Shown here: positions 10,182-21,030 of the stretch, in pieces | How the letters are laid out: every line of letters begins with the position of its first letter | How positions within the stretch are numbered: the stretch's first letter is position 1 | Assembly: GCA_963744145.1 (NCBI GenBank) | Contig: CAVUSO010000001.1 | Span: 3,200,001-3,264,000 of the forward strand | Length of the DNA stretch: 64,000 nucleotides | From: an uncultured cyanobacterium | Lineage (GTDB): Bacteria; Cyanobacteriota; Cyanobacteriia; Cyanobacteriales; CAWUOF01 | Direction of reading: 5' to 3' | Program-made: the position numbers and the translations under genes | Notes under the pieces: model-generated | Databases searched by the model: none | What the model saw: the letters and a program-made list of their open reading frames with translations, nothing else | Told to the model about the DNA's origin: nothing

Positions 10182-12242
10182 ATGCGTATCCTGATGATTC
10201 AACCTAACTATCATTCTGGAGGGGCAGAAATTGCCGGAAATTGGCCCCCTAGTTGGGTGCCTTATGTCGGTGGAGCTTTAAAAACGGCTGGTTTTACCGA
10301 AATTCGCTTTATTGATGCGATGACTAATCATATAGAGGATGGTGAATTAGGGGAACAGATTAAAGCCTATCAGCCAGATGTGGTGCTAGCGACAGCCATC
10401 ACCCCGATGATCTATAAGTCTCAGAGTACCTTAAAGTTAGTCAAAGAAATTGCACCCCAGGCAAAAACAATTATGGGGGGAGTGCATCCCACCTATATGT
10501 ATCGAGAAGTGCTGCATGAAGCCCCCTGGGTTGACTATATTATTCGGGGAGAAGGAGAAGAAATTACGGTCAATTTGCTCCGAGCGATCGCTAATGGTAA
10601 GGATCAAAGCGATCGAAGGGATATTTTGGGAATTGCGTTTTTGGAAGAGGGTAGAGTGGTTGCGACACCAGCTCATCCACCGATTAAGGATCTAAATACT
10701 CTTACTCCCGATTGGAGTCTGTTAGAGTGGGAGAAATATATTTATACCCCGCTCAATACAAGAGTGGCTGTGCCTAATTATTCTCGGGGATGTCCATTCC
10801 GTTGTCGTTTCTGTTCCCAATGGAAATTCTGGCGCAAATATCGTTCCCGAACCCCAAAACATTTTGTTGATGAAATTGAACAGTTGGTGAAAGAGCATCA
10901 AGTAGGCTTTTTCATTTTAGCTGATGAAGAACCGACGATTAACAAATCTCGCTTTGTGGCTTTGTGTCGTGAGCTGGTTGATCGTAATCTTGGAGTGCAT
11001 TGGGGAATTAATACTAGAGTTACCGATATTCTGCGGGATGAAAAAGAATTACCACTCTATCGTCAAGCGGGATTGGTTCATGTATCTTTAGGAACGGAAG
11101 CAGCAGCCCAATTAAATCTGAATTTATTTCGGAAAGAGACAACGATCGCGGATAATAAGCGAGCTGTACAACTATTGCGTCAAAATGGGATTCTGGCAGA
11201 AGTGCAGTTTATTATGGGACTGCCCAATGAATTGCCAGAAACAATTGAAGAAAGTTATCGGATGGCCCGAGATTGGCAAGCAGACATGACCAATTGGAAT
11301 ATGTATACGCCCTGGCCCTTCTCCGAACTGTTCCAGGATTTAGCTGATCAAGTGGAAATTCGGGATTATTCTCACTATAACTTTGTTACACCCATTATCA
11401 AACCACAGCAGATGACGCGGGAAGAAGTCCTGAAAGGGGTACTGCGTAACTATGCTCGTTTTTATTCATGGAAATTTTTAGAGTATTGGTTTGAACCAGA
11501 TGCGTTTAAGCGTCGTTATTTACTGGGATGTCTCTGGGCATTTGTGAAGACAACACTGAATAAACGTTTTTATAACCTGAAACGGGTAAAACAGAAAGGA
11601 CTGCGAACAGAAATTGAGTTTGGGTTTGATGAATCGAGAATTTTAAGTACCGAGCAGATGGCTCAATTGAAACGCGATCGTCCGGTAGATATTGATTTTG
11701 TTGGCACAATTTCGGCTTGTGGTGGTCCAAATGATCTGCCTGATTACCAGACTCATACGAGTCTAACTCAACAACTCCATGAAGTGATTCAGGTGGCGAT
11801 CGTGGAAGATGATGAACAAATTCGCATTAATTTACGAGTGAATTTGCGTGATGAAGCTCAAAAAGTTTCTACCCATCAGCGGATTGAGGTTGCGAGTGAA
11901 GCTACTAATGGGGAAACTGGTTTAGTCTTGCTCGAATCGATTGATGTCGATGTCGCAGTGGTTGATGCTACTCTACCAGATCTGGATATAGCCAAATTTA
12001 TTCGCATGGCCCGGAAAGTCCAAGCAGGTTCTTATGTGACTTCATCGCGAATTTTGGTTTTAGCACCACCAGAACAGCAAACTCTTTTAGCCGATGCTCT
12101 GAGTGCGGGAGCGGATGGAGTTTGTTTAAAGGATGCACCAATTGAAAAATTAGCAGATGCCATCCGAACTGTCTATCAAATCGGAAGTTATCGGGATCTA
12201 GCGATCGCAAATCTTCCGGGAGTAGTTTCTCAAGCTGGTTAA
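10182..12242 (+). CDS. bchE: O2-independent Mg-protoporphyrin IX monomethyl ester cyclase (B12 radical SAM, BchE/ChlE) with C-terminal receiver domain
   Basis: BchE-type N-terminus PNYHSGGAEIAGNWPPSWVPY, B12-binding domain, CPFRCRFC, SQWKFWR, ADEEP, YTPWPFS; the last ~150 aa are REC-like (IVEDD, VAVVD, GADGVCLKD). Confidence 0.9.
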   Translation: MRILMIQPNYHSGGAEIAGNWPPSWVPYVGGALKTAGFTEIRFIDAMTNHIEDGELGEQIKAYQPDVVLATAITPMIYKSQSTLKLVKEIAPQAKTIMGGVHPTYMYREVLHEAPWVDYIIRGEGEEITVNLLRAIANGKDQSDRRDILGIAFLEEGRVVATPAHPPIKDLNTLTPDWSLLEWEKYIYTPLNTRVAVPNYSRGCPFRCRFCSQWKFWRKYRSRTPKHFVDEIEQLVKEHQVGFFILADEEPTINKSRFVALCRELVDRNLGVHWGINTRVTDILRDEKELPLYRQAGLVHVSLGTEAAAQLNLNLFRKETTIADNKRAVQLLRQNGILAEVQFIMGLPNELPETIEESYRMARDWQADMTNWNMYTPWPFSELFQDLADQVEIRDYSHYNFVTPIIKPQQMTREEVLKGVLRNYARFYSWKFLEYWFEPDAFKRRYLLGCLWAFVKTTLNKRFYNLKRVKQKGLRTEIEFGFDESRILSTEQMAQLKRDRPVDIDFVGTISACGGPNDLPDYQTHTSLTQQLHEVIQVAIVEDDEQIRINLRVNLRDEAQKVSTHQRIEVASEATNGETGLVLLESIDVDVAVVDATLPDLDIAKFIRMARKVQAGSYVTSSRILVLAPPEQQTLLADALSAGADGVCLKDAPIEKLADAIRTVYQIGSYRDLAIANLPGVVSQAG

Positions 12243-12252
12243 TATTTTCCTG

Positions 12253-12280
12253 GTAGGGGCGTATTGTAATACGCCCCTAC
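12253..12280. repeat. GTAG-type REP-like palindrome / bidirectional terminator
   Basis: GTAGGGGCGTATT-GT-AATACGCCCCTAC between convergent genes; a related copy lies at 41668-41695. Confidence 0.75.
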
Positions 12281-12329
12281 AGTATAATGGGAGCGATCGA
12301 CGCCTGCTGACAGCCCTTCTATGAGGCAA

Positions 12330-13145
12330 TTAAGCAAGTTGAGTCTGTAATTTCTGGACTTGCTCTAGAGATAACCCTGTCAAAGCAATTACTTGCTCTA
12401 TGGTCATACCAGCTTTGAGCAGATTAACCGCTATTCTTTCAGTTGCTTGTTGGATACCTTGTTGGATACCTTGTTGGATACCTTGTTGGATACCTTGTTG
12501 CAAACCTTGTTGCAAACCTTCTTCCACGATCGCTTGATAGAACACTGATTCTTTCATAATATCACTCCTTAATAATCTGTTGATGACTTCTTTGTGTAAT
12601 CTTAAGCCAGCGATAATTGCTGTAAAAGCGTAGATGTTACTTTTCACATTCCGCTCTGGGATTTGGTCAATGTTCCGAGCTACCTGGCTTAATACTTGTT
12701 CTGGTTCAGTTGTATCACTCAACACCGCAAAAGGTAATAGTCCTGGTGTTGATAAAAATAGCTCTGTTGGTTGTTCCCAGAGTCTAATTACATCAAATTC
12801 ATGTTGAGTTCGAGTTAATCTAAATGTAGTTTGTCGAACTAAGTCCGAATTTGTCCGTTTTAAGTATACCACAATTTGACGCATTTCTTTATGGGGAAAG
12901 CGACGATAACCCCTGACTCGATAATCGAGCATCCGGAAGGGAATGGTTTCATCGGGTTCAGTTTGAAATTCCGTATGTAAGATCAAATTTTCTGATTGTC
13001 TTAAAATTAGAGCATCAGTCCGAATCGGCTCTAGTAATAGTTCTCCTGGTTGTAGTTCGGTTAACTTGACCGGAGTGCCCAATAACCAACTGGCAATATC
13101 ATCACTAAAAGTTTCCGCAATCAATTTGCAAATATTATCGTACAT
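12330..13145 (-). CDS. Rpn family recombination-promoting nuclease / putative transposase (PD-(D/E)XK)
   Basis: MYDNICK, IRTDALI, LHTEFQ, RMLDY, MKESVFYQ, QQG(I/L) repeats, TGLS tail. Confidence 0.88.
   Translation of the reverse strand: MYDNICKLIAETFSDDIASWLLGTPVKLTELQPGELLLEPIRTDALILRQSENLILHTEFQTEPDETIPFRMLDYRVRGYRRFPHKEMRQIVVYLKRTNSDLVRQTTFRLTRTQHEFDVIRLWEQPTELFLSTPGLLPFAVLSDTTEPEQVLSQVARNIDQIPERNVKSNIYAFTAIIAGLRLHKEVINRLLRSDIMKESVFYQAIVEEGLQQGLQQGIQQGIQQGIQQGIQQATERIAVNLLKAGMTIEQVIALTGLSLEQVQKLQTQLA
12447..12520. repeat. 12-bp coding tandem repeat (QQGI/QQGL)
   Basis: TTGTTGGATACC x4 plus TTGTTGCAAACC x2. Confidence 0.9.
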
Positions 13146-13246
13146 TTTCCCACCTGGCTAGAATTGAGGAGGTGATTTAACTCTCCTCCATCATTGGTTC
13201 AGGTAAGTTTAGCAGATCCGAGCTAGATTTTTTGAGTGCAATCTGA

Positions 13247-15028
13247 TTAGATTAGTGGTAGCGATCGCGAGGTTTCTTGTAACTGACAACGTTTGAGATA
13301 TATTTGAGCAACTGAATCTCTGGGATTCACACTTAAAACATAAGCAAATCGTTTTGCTGCTTCCCGAAAAAATTGCTGATAGAACATAAATAACCCTTCT
13401 TCAAAACAGGTTTTCGTTACTAATTTTCCCTGTCTTATTTCCGTTGCATCTCCATCAAACACTTCAAAAACACCCACAGCTTTTGATTTTCCCTTGACAA
13501 TAGCTTGCTCAATAAAACGGATATTATATACTGTGGGATTTTGCAAACGTGCTAAAGTTTGGTGAGAAATTAATAAGGATACTCCATACTGTTTTGTTAG
13601 TTCTTCTAAACGAGCAGCTAAATTAACGTCATCGCTAATTACTGTACTATCCATTCGATTAGTTCCCCCAACAGTTCCTAACATCAAAGAACCTGTATTA
13701 ATCCCAATCCCAATCTTAATCGGTAGATAACCAGAATTGAGTCGATGGTGATTATATTGATGCAGGATATTTAACATCGAAAGTCCGGCTTTGAGCGCAT
13801 CATCAGCTATCCCATTAAATAAAGCCATAATCCCATCACCAATATACTTATCAATAAAACCCTTATTTTCCAAAATTGCCGGTTCCATGCGGCTGAGATA
13901 AGCATTAATAAATTTAAAATTATCTTCTGGTGTCATACTTTCCGATAGAGCAGTAAATTCCCGAATATCGGAAAAAAGAATTGACATTTCGAGCTGAACT
14001 GCATCACCTAATTTGACATCAAGGATACTTTCATAATTTAACAAAGATAAAAATTGATGAGGGACAAAACGACCGTAGGCATCAGTTAGGTTAAATTCGG
14101 CTTCTAATGATTGCTCTAATTCACAATTAACTTTCGATAATTGATTAATAAATTCTGCTCGTTCTGCTTCAGATTTACGTCGATCGGTAATATCTTGAAA
14201 AGCAGCTATAGCATAAGCAACTTGACCAAATTCATCATAAATTGGTGTTCCCCAAGTTTCAATCGGAATAATTTGGTCTCCTCGGTGGATTTCAATATCA
14301 TCAGCATTAGTACGTTCCCCATTTAATGCTCTGAAAATTGGTAAATTTTCCGTTGGATATATATTATTAGTTCCGGCAATATAATTTTGATATATTTCGG
14401 CAATTTGCTCGGGTTTTATTTCTGGTATAATCTCGTGAGCAAGTAACTCCTGCGCCCTTTGATTAATATAATATGGATTCCTCTGAGCATCAAACACTAC
14501 TACTCCTACGGGCATAGCTTCTAAAAATTGCGTCCAGCGATGTTCTTTCTTATGTAGCTGGGCAATCAAGAGTGATTGTTCCTGGTTTAATCGCTGAAGT
14601 TGGAGATTTTGTTCGGCCAGCTTTTTATCCTGAAGATAGCTATATATTGCTTCTGTTACTGTCAATTTTAAGTCTTCAGCTTGCCAAGGTTTGGCCAGAT
14701 AACGATAAAGTTTAGCATAATTAATTGCATTACTTACTGCTTCAATTGTTGCCTGACCTGTTAACATAACTTTAACAGTTTTTGGGGATATTTGATGGAC
14801 TCTTTTTAATAATTCATCTCCCCTAAGATCAGGCATAATATAATCAGAAATAATCAAAGGAACTTCATATTCATCATCTAATAATTCTTGCAATAATTCT
14901 AAAGCGTCAACTCCGGAGTCTGCACTTTCAATCAGGTATTCATTGCCGAAAGCTTCTTTCAGTTCAGCTTTAAGACTTCTGAGTATAGTTGCTTCATCAT
15001 CAACACAGATAATTACCTGTTTGGTCAT
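13247..15028 (-). CDS. REC-PAS class III adenylate cyclase
   Basis: Receiver (CVDDE, ISD, LTG, KPW), PAS/PAC, catalytic FSDIR, DKYIGD, TVISDDVNLAARLE. Confidence 0.93.
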   Translation of the reverse strand: MTKQVIICVDDEATILRSLKAELKEAFGNEYLIESADSGVDALELLQELLDDEYEVPLIISDYIMPDLRGDELLKRVHQISPKTVKVMLTGQATIEAVSNAINYAKLYRYLAKPWQAEDLKLTVTEAIYSYLQDKKLAEQNLQLQRLNQEQSLLIAQLHKKEHRWTQFLEAMPVGVVVFDAQRNPYYINQRAQELLAHEIIPEIKPEQIAEIYQNYIAGTNNIYPTENLPIFRALNGERTNADDIEIHRGDQIIPIETWGTPIYDEFGQVAYAIAAFQDITDRRKSEAERAEFINQLSKVNCELEQSLEAEFNLTDAYGRFVPHQFLSLLNYESILDVKLGDAVQLEMSILFSDIREFTALSESMTPEDNFKFINAYLSRMEPAILENKGFIDKYIGDGIMALFNGIADDALKAGLSMLNILHQYNHHRLNSGYLPIKIGIGINTGSLMLGTVGGTNRMDSTVISDDVNLAARLEELTKQYGVSLLISHQTLARLQNPTVYNIRFIEQAIVKGKSKAVGVFEVFDGDATEIRQGKLVTKTCFEEGLFMFYQQFFREAAKRFAYVLSVNPRDSVAQIYLKRCQLQETSRSLPLI

Positions 15029-15420
15029 ATTTTTTCTAAACCAGATTTAATCGTTGCTAATAATTCTGCTTCTGACCAAGGTTTAGATAAACAACAATGC
15101 AGATTTGCCTGCTCTTGAGCCCGAATAATTGCTTGTGGATCAGCTTGACCCGTCAGCAGAATTTTAATTACCCTCGGAAACTGTTCGTGGACACGAATAA
15201 GTAGCTCATCTCCTTTCATTCCAGGCATTAACCAGTCAGAGACAATTAAAATTATGGTGGTTTCATCCTGATTAAGTTCATTGATTAATTCTAAAGCATC
15301 ATTCCCGTCTTCAGCAATTTCATAGATATAGGTATCACCAAATGCTGCTTTGAGTTGCGTTTTCAGACTATGCAAAATTACTTTTTCGTCATCGACACAC
15401 AAAATTACGGGTTTAGACAT
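15025..15420 (-). CDS. Single-domain response regulator
   Basis: CVDDE, VSDWLMP, LLTG, KPW; 4-nt overlap with the cyclase start. Confidence 0.93.
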   Translation of the reverse strand: MSKPVILCVDDEKVILHSLKTQLKAAFGDTYIYEIAEDGNDALELINELNQDETTIILIVSDWLMPGMKGDELLIRVHEQFPRVIKILLTGQADPQAIIRAQEQANLHCCLSKPWSEAELLATIKSGLEKI

Positions 15421-18400
15421 GATACAAGCTCCTGATCAGGTTGAATAGGGAGAAGGATGTGAAAGGTTGTCCGTCCTGGTTCGCTGTTTACGGTAATCTT
15501 ACCAGAATGTTTACTAATGATTTTTTTGACGATATCTAGTCCCAACCCACTCCCCTCTCCTGGGGGCTTAGTGGTAAAAAATGGCTCAAAGATTTTAGCT
15601 TGAATTTCCGTTGGTATTCCTGGACCAGTATCGCTGATGCTGATTTGTACTTGTGCTTCTGAGTGGGTAGTTTGAATGATTAAAGTCCCACGATTATCCA
15701 TGGCTTGTAACGCATTATGAATGATATTCGTCCAGACCTGATTCAATTCATCTGGATAACAGGCGATCGCGGGTAAATCTCCATAGTTTTTGATCACCTC
15801 AACCCCCTGCTTAATTTGGTTTTGATAGAGGGTTAGGACGTTGTCTATGCTATCATGGATCTGGGTAGAAATCAATTCACCTGAATGATCATAACGAGCA
15901 TAACTTTTGAGGGCAAACACAACTTTTGATGCTCGTTCTGTGGCCATAGTAATTGTTTGGGTTCCGCGTTGTAATCCTGATAGTTTATAGGCAATTTCTA
16001 AGATCTGCGTAGCATCGGGTCGGTGGAGTAGCACGGTAAAAGGTTCGATATCTTCATAAATCCCCATATCAACTAAAGTATCTGCTAGCACATCCGCATC
16101 TTTAAGCTGTTGAGATGAGAGTTGTGCGACTAAACCTCGCTTGATTTTTCGTTCTTCTTTGGCTGATAAATGGGAGTGGTGATTTAGCGATCGCTGCAAT
16201 AAAGCTAAGAAATCCTGGACTTGATCAGCAGTAAGAGATTGACACAAGATCGGTAGCTGTTCTAAGGTTTGAGTTAAGAACTTAGAGATATTACCTGCGG
16301 ATGAATGAATTGCTCCTAAAGGGGTATTGATTTCATGGGCAATCCCGGCAATTAATTGTCCTAATGCGGCCATTTTTTCCGATTGAATTAATTCTGTTTG
16401 CGTCGCTCGGAGGTCATCAAGAGCTTGTGATAATTCTTGTGTTCGAGCCGCTACTTTCATTTCCAAAGTTCGATTTGACTCGGCTAAATTAGCATAAAGT
16501 TGAGCATTTTCGATCGCGATCGCTGCTTGGGATGATAACATTTTTAAAAGTTCCAATCTGTCGGGAGTAAATGCTCCTGTCATCAGATTATTTTCCAAAT
16601 AAACCAGACTCACCAGTTGACCTTGGCTAATCAAAGGAACACATAAAATAGATTTCGGTTGATTTGCTTTAATGTAAGGATCATTCTGAAAATTTCCCTC
16701 ACGACTAGCATCATTTAACACTACACTTTCACGGGTCCGGACTACATAATTTAAGATTGATGCTGGTAGATGATGGTCAATTGGGATTAATTGACCAACT
16801 ATAATCTGTTCCACATCTACTTTTCCTTGAGCCGCAATTAGTAATTCACCTGCTGTATTAATAAAAATGAGACTACCCAACTCAGCTCCAGCATTTTCTA
16901 GGAGAATTTTCATCAAAGCACTGAGTAACTTCTCTAAGACAATTTCACCAGAAATCGCTTGGGATGCTTTCATCACTGTCGCTAAATCTAACACTTCTCC
17001 TGATGAGCGATCGCTATTGGAAATATTAGTAATAGTTGTGCGCGGGTCTATACTATGACTAACCGTTGATACTTTAGTAAGTAAATGGGGATATTTTTCC
17101 TCCAAATCTTCCACTTTGCATTTAGCACCCCAAAGCTGGTAGCAATAGTGAGCTTTTTTTAGGTAAATTTGGGCAAATTCCTGCTTACCTTTATTTAACC
17201 AAAATTTTGCTGCTAGCTCATTACCTAAAGCTTCATCCTGGATAAAATCATTTGCTTGAGCAGAAGCGATCGCTCGATCATATAAATCCATTGCTTCTTC
17301 CCTTTTTCCAGAAATTCGAGCCATTTCTGCTGCTACCAAAAGATACTTATGCAAAAAATTCTCTGGACAGTTATCTGCCCAAATTTTCATCTGGTTTTGC
17401 TGAGATTCTAACTGGTCCCAATATTGTTTTTGCTCTGATATTGAAACCTGTGGATATAATCCAACGAGAATAAGTGAGGAATAAAAATTATACTCAGCAA
17501 GTTGGAAATGTCCCAAAATATAACTGATGAATTTTGACGCTACTACTGTACATTTTAATGCTTCAGTTAGCTGACCATAGAAATAGAGAATCTGAGATTT
17601 AAAAATATTATAAGTACAAATCCAAGCAAAACTTTTATGTAAAGCACAAGTTTCTAGAAATTGTTCATCATTAATTTTATCATTACAAAAGATTAATTTC
17701 CCCGGGGTTCTACCAGTTAAATTCAAGAGGATTAGTTGGAACCCGATCATCCCATCAGTTGCCCATTGATTTTTAGTTTTTTGGCTAAACTGTAAGAAAT
17801 TAGCCACATTGGGAATCAGCGTTTCTAAATTGTTTCCCTGATAGAATAAATAACGCAATTGGTGTTCGAGAGCATATCCAGAATGTCGTAACTCTCCAGA
17901 TTCTAAACCAGCTTGATAAGACTCATTTAAAATAGCCTCAGCCCATTTGATTGGTTTCACCCAATGATTCAAATGACCACCCAAAACTAAACAAGCACTG
18001 CATTTCTGACTCGAATTATTAAATTTTTCACTTAGTTGCACCGATAGTTTACCAAATTCATAGCCAGATTGATAATCACCTAAAATAGAACCAAGGATCA
18101 TCCCGTAGGTAACAAACCCTTTTGACGATTCAGCGATATTGCCGTATTGTAAAGAAATATTAGCATTATTTAAAACAATAATACCATACATTTCTTGATT
18201 AGCAAAATAGGCAGGTGGATCAGTATTTACTAGCAATTGGATAGCCAGTATTTTATGGGGATCTGTTATTTCTGGTGCATCGATCAACGAAGAAATTTCG
18301 CGATCGCCCAAATTTTCTTTAGCCCGGGCAACTTCAATTGTGAACGCTTTTTTAAAGTCAGCATCGGGTAAGAAAATACCTAACAAAGAAAGCGCCTTCC

Positions 18401-20981
18401 GACCAATTTTTATTGCCTCTTCATATTTAGCACTTAGAGTGTATTGGATCAGTAACAGATTATAAACTTCAGCCTTCTCTATATCTGATTTTACTCTTTG
18501 CAAACTCAGGTCAATTAATGCTTCTGATTCTCGAAAATTTCCATTCAAATATTCAACCTCTGCCAGTTGCTTATGCAAGGTTAAAGCTAATTCATAATGC
18601 TCTGTCCAATCATCTCCTCTTAAACAATCTAAGCCCACTCTCAAATATTGCAATGCTGCTGCAAAAGCTGCCGCATCTTGGGCTTTCTTACCTGCTTCTA
18701 AATTCCATTTTGCTAATTCAATTCTTTCGGAATCATTAGTAATCAAATCCTTACCTAAATTCAGATGATCTACTATTTCAAAAATTCGTAATTCTCGTTC
18801 ATCTGGAGGGATATTTTGCATCAATAACCGCCCAATTTTGAGATGAATTACCCTTTGGGAGTCATCATCAATCAAAGCATAAGCCGCCTGTTGTACCCGG
18901 TCATGGAGGAATTTATAATCTTGAATTAAAAGTTGAGCATCTAATTCTGATCTAGTTAAAATTAATCCAAACTGTACTGCTACTACCAAATTAGCAAATA
19001 TTTCAGCAGGTGATTTTTCCCTGACAATAGAAAGAGTATTCAAATTAAAATCAGCCCCGATACAAGCTGCTAAAGTTAATACTTCTTGTGTAGATTCTGG
19101 CAATTTCTTGATTTTGCCAATCATCAACTCTACCACATTATCAGTGATATCTTTTGCGGCAATTTGTTCCACATCCCATTGCCAGGAACGAGAAGGAAAA
19201 TCAAAAGTGAGCAAGTCTTCTGAATAAAGAGTTTTGAGAAATTCATTCACAAAAAAAGGATTGCCTTCGGTTTTCTGTACTACCAATTCCGCTAAGAATT
19301 TTACTGCATCTGGTGTACTTTTTGCAGTCTCAGCAATCAGATGACTAATTGGCTCTAATGCTAAAGGTGCTAAGTGAATAGAATTGATAATTGCCCCTTC
19401 TTTTTGTAATCCATTTAGAGTCATCATTAACGGATGGGTGGGGTTGACTTCGTTATCCCGATATGCTCCAATCAGAAACAGATATTGCAAATTTGTATCC
19501 GTCATCATTACTTCAATTAACTTCAGCGTCGCCGAATCTGCCCATTGTAAATCATCTAGAAAAATGACTAAGGGATGTTCGGCTGAACAAAATACCCGAA
19601 TGAAGTTTTGAAAAACTAAATTAAAGCGATTTTGAGACTCTTGTGGGCCTAGTTCTAACACCCCTGGCTGTTTACCTATAATCAGTTCCATTTCTGGAAT
19701 CACATCAATAATCACCTGACCGTTCGGATTAAGTACAGTTAAAAGTTTTGTTTGCCATTGATTAAGCTGTACTTCACTTTCGGTTAAAAGTTGTCGTACT
19801 AATCCGGTGAAAGAGTTAACTATAGCTAAATAGGGAATATTCTGCTGAAATTGGTCAAATTTACCAGAGATAAAATAGCCACGTTTTTTGGTAATCGGTT
19901 TATAAATTTCTTGTACTAATGCTGATTTACCAATCCCAGAATAACCCGTCACCAACATCATTTCAATCCCCCTCTCGCTCTCCTGATTAGGGGTGGATCT
20001 TTCTCCTGCTACACGCTCAAATGCTGCTAATAAGGTGGCAACTTCCATCTCACGTCCATAGAGTTTTTGGGGAATTTGAAACTTGTCAGAAATATCTTGC
20101 TTGGCGAGGGGAAAGGAAAATATCTGCCCATCATTTTGTAATTGAGTTAAGCAATTTTCTAAATCTGCTTTAATTCCCCAAGCACTTTGATATCTTTCCT
20201 CAGCAGTTTTTGCCATCAATTTCATCACAATATCGGCAACTGCTTTGGGAATATTATGATTAATTTGCTCCAGAGGTACTGGTTGTTTAGCAATATGACA
20301 ATGAACTAATTCTAAAGCATCAGTGGTCGGAAAAGGAAGTTGACCAGCCAGCATTTCATAGAAGGTAATACCGAGGGAGTAAAAATCTGTACGGTAATCT
20401 AGTGCGCGATTCATCCTACCAGTTTGCTCTGGGGACATATAGGCTAATGTACCCTCTAAAACATTCGGATTTTTGAGAGTGGGATTTTCGCGGTTTAATA
20501 CAGTAGAAATACCAAAGTCGATGATTTTGATAATTCCAGTTTTGGGGTTAAAGACGATATTGGCAGGGTTAATATCTTTGTGAATAATATTAGCCAAATG
20601 AATTTGGCCTAAAATATCAGCAGTCTTCAGAGCTATTTGCAGAAATTCAGCTAAATTAAACTTAAATTCTGCATCGGATTGAGCGATATAGTTATTGAGC
20701 AATATTTTTAAAGAATCACCACCGAAATCCTCAAAGATAATCACTATGATCTGATTATATGATTCTAAACAGTAAGCTTTGACTACGCCATCTAGATTTA
20801 GGTTGCGAATGATTTCATATTCTTGTTTGTAGCGAGTAATTTCTTGTGGTGTTGGATAGTCTTGTTTGAGAACTTTAATAATAACTATTTGCTGATCTGA
20901 CTGACGTATACCACGATAAACTTCGGAATTAATGCTTTCGTAAATTTTGCTGTTGATCTGATAACCAGGAAGATTAATCAT
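15405..20981 (-). CDS. Ser/Thr kinase-AAA ATPase-GAF-histidine kinase (copy 1)
   Basis: HKDINPAN, DFG, SPEQTGR; Walker A GYSGIGKS and FLDDLQWAD; GAF; AHEINTP H-box and HATPase. The ATG at 20981 matches the paralog start (MINLPGY vs MITIPGY). Confidence 0.95.
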   Translation of the reverse strand: MINLPGYQINSKIYESINSEVYRGIRQSDQQIVIIKVLKQDYPTPQEITRYKQEYEIIRNLNLDGVVKAYCLESYNQIIVIIFEDFGGDSLKILLNNYIAQSDAEFKFNLAEFLQIALKTADILGQIHLANIIHKDINPANIVFNPKTGIIKIIDFGISTVLNRENPTLKNPNVLEGTLAYMSPEQTGRMNRALDYRTDFYSLGITFYEMLAGQLPFPTTDALELVHCHIAKQPVPLEQINHNIPKAVADIVMKLMAKTAEERYQSAWGIKADLENCLTQLQNDGQIFSFPLAKQDISDKFQIPQKLYGREMEVATLLAAFERVAGERSTPNQESERGIEMMLVTGYSGIGKSALVQEIYKPITKKRGYFISGKFDQFQQNIPYLAIVNSFTGLVRQLLTESEVQLNQWQTKLLTVLNPNGQVIIDVIPEMELIIGKQPGVLELGPQESQNRFNLVFQNFIRVFCSAEHPLVIFLDDLQWADSATLKLIEVMMTDTNLQYLFLIGAYRDNEVNPTHPLMMTLNGLQKEGAIINSIHLAPLALEPISHLIAETAKSTPDAVKFLAELVVQKTEGNPFFVNEFLKTLYSEDLLTFDFPSRSWQWDVEQIAAKDITDNVVELMIGKIKKLPESTQEVLTLAACIGADFNLNTLSIVREKSPAEIFANLVVAVQFGLILTRSELDAQLLIQDYKFLHDRVQQAAYALIDDDSQRVIHLKIGRLLMQNIPPDERELRIFEIVDHLNLGKDLITNDSERIELAKWNLEAGKKAQDAAAFAAALQYLRVGLDCLRGDDWTEHYELALTLHKQLAEVEYLNGNFRESEALIDLSLQRVKSDIEKAEVYNLLLIQYTLSAKYEEAIKIGRKALSLLGIFLPDADFKKAFTIEVARAKENLGDREISSLIDAPEITDPHKILAIQLLVNTDPPAYFANQEMYGIIVLNNANISLQYGNIAESSKGFVTYGMILGSILGDYQSGYEFGKLSVQLSEKFNNSSQKCSACLVLGGHLNHWVKPIKWAEAILNESYQAGLESGELRHSGYALEHQLRYLFYQGNNLETLIPNVANFLQFSQKTKNQWATDGMIGFQLILLNLTGRTPGKLIFCNDKINDEQFLETCALHKSFAWICTYNIFKSQILYFYGQLTEALKCTVVASKFISYILGHFQLAEYNFYSSLILVGLYPQVSISEQKQYWDQLESQQNQMKIWADNCPENFLHKYLLVAAEMARISGKREEAMDLYDRAIASAQANDFIQDEALGNELAAKFWLNKGKQEFAQIYLKKAHYCYQLWGAKCKVEDLEEKYPHLLTKVSTVSHSIDPRTTITNISNSDRSSGEVLDLATVMKASQAISGEIVLEKLLSALMKILLENAGAELGSLIFINTAGELLIAAQGKVDVEQIIVGQLIPIDHHLPASILNYVVRTRESVVLNDASREGNFQNDPYIKANQPKSILCVPLISQGQLVSLVYLENNLMTGAFTPDRLELLKMLSSQAAIAIENAQLYANLAESNRTLEMKVAARTQELSQALDDLRATQTELIQSEKMAALGQLIAGIAHEINTPLGAIHSSAGNISKFLTQTLEQLPILCQSLTADQVQDFLALLQRSLNHHSHLSAKEERKIKRGLVAQLSSQQLKDADVLADTLVDMGIYEDIEPFTVLLHRPDATQILEIAYKLSGLQRGTQTITMATERASKVVFALKSYARYDHSGELISTQIHDSIDNVLTLYQNQIKQGVEVIKNYGDLPAIACYPDELNQVWTNIIHNALQAMDNRGTLIIQTTHSEAQVQISISDTGPGIPTEIQAKIFEPFFTTKPPGEGSGLGLDIVKKIISKHSGKITVNSEPGRTTFHILLPIQPDQELVSCLNP

Positions 20982-21030
20982 GGTAAAAAATTTCTGAATT
21001 TTTGCTGGTTTAATTGATAATTTTCTGTTA

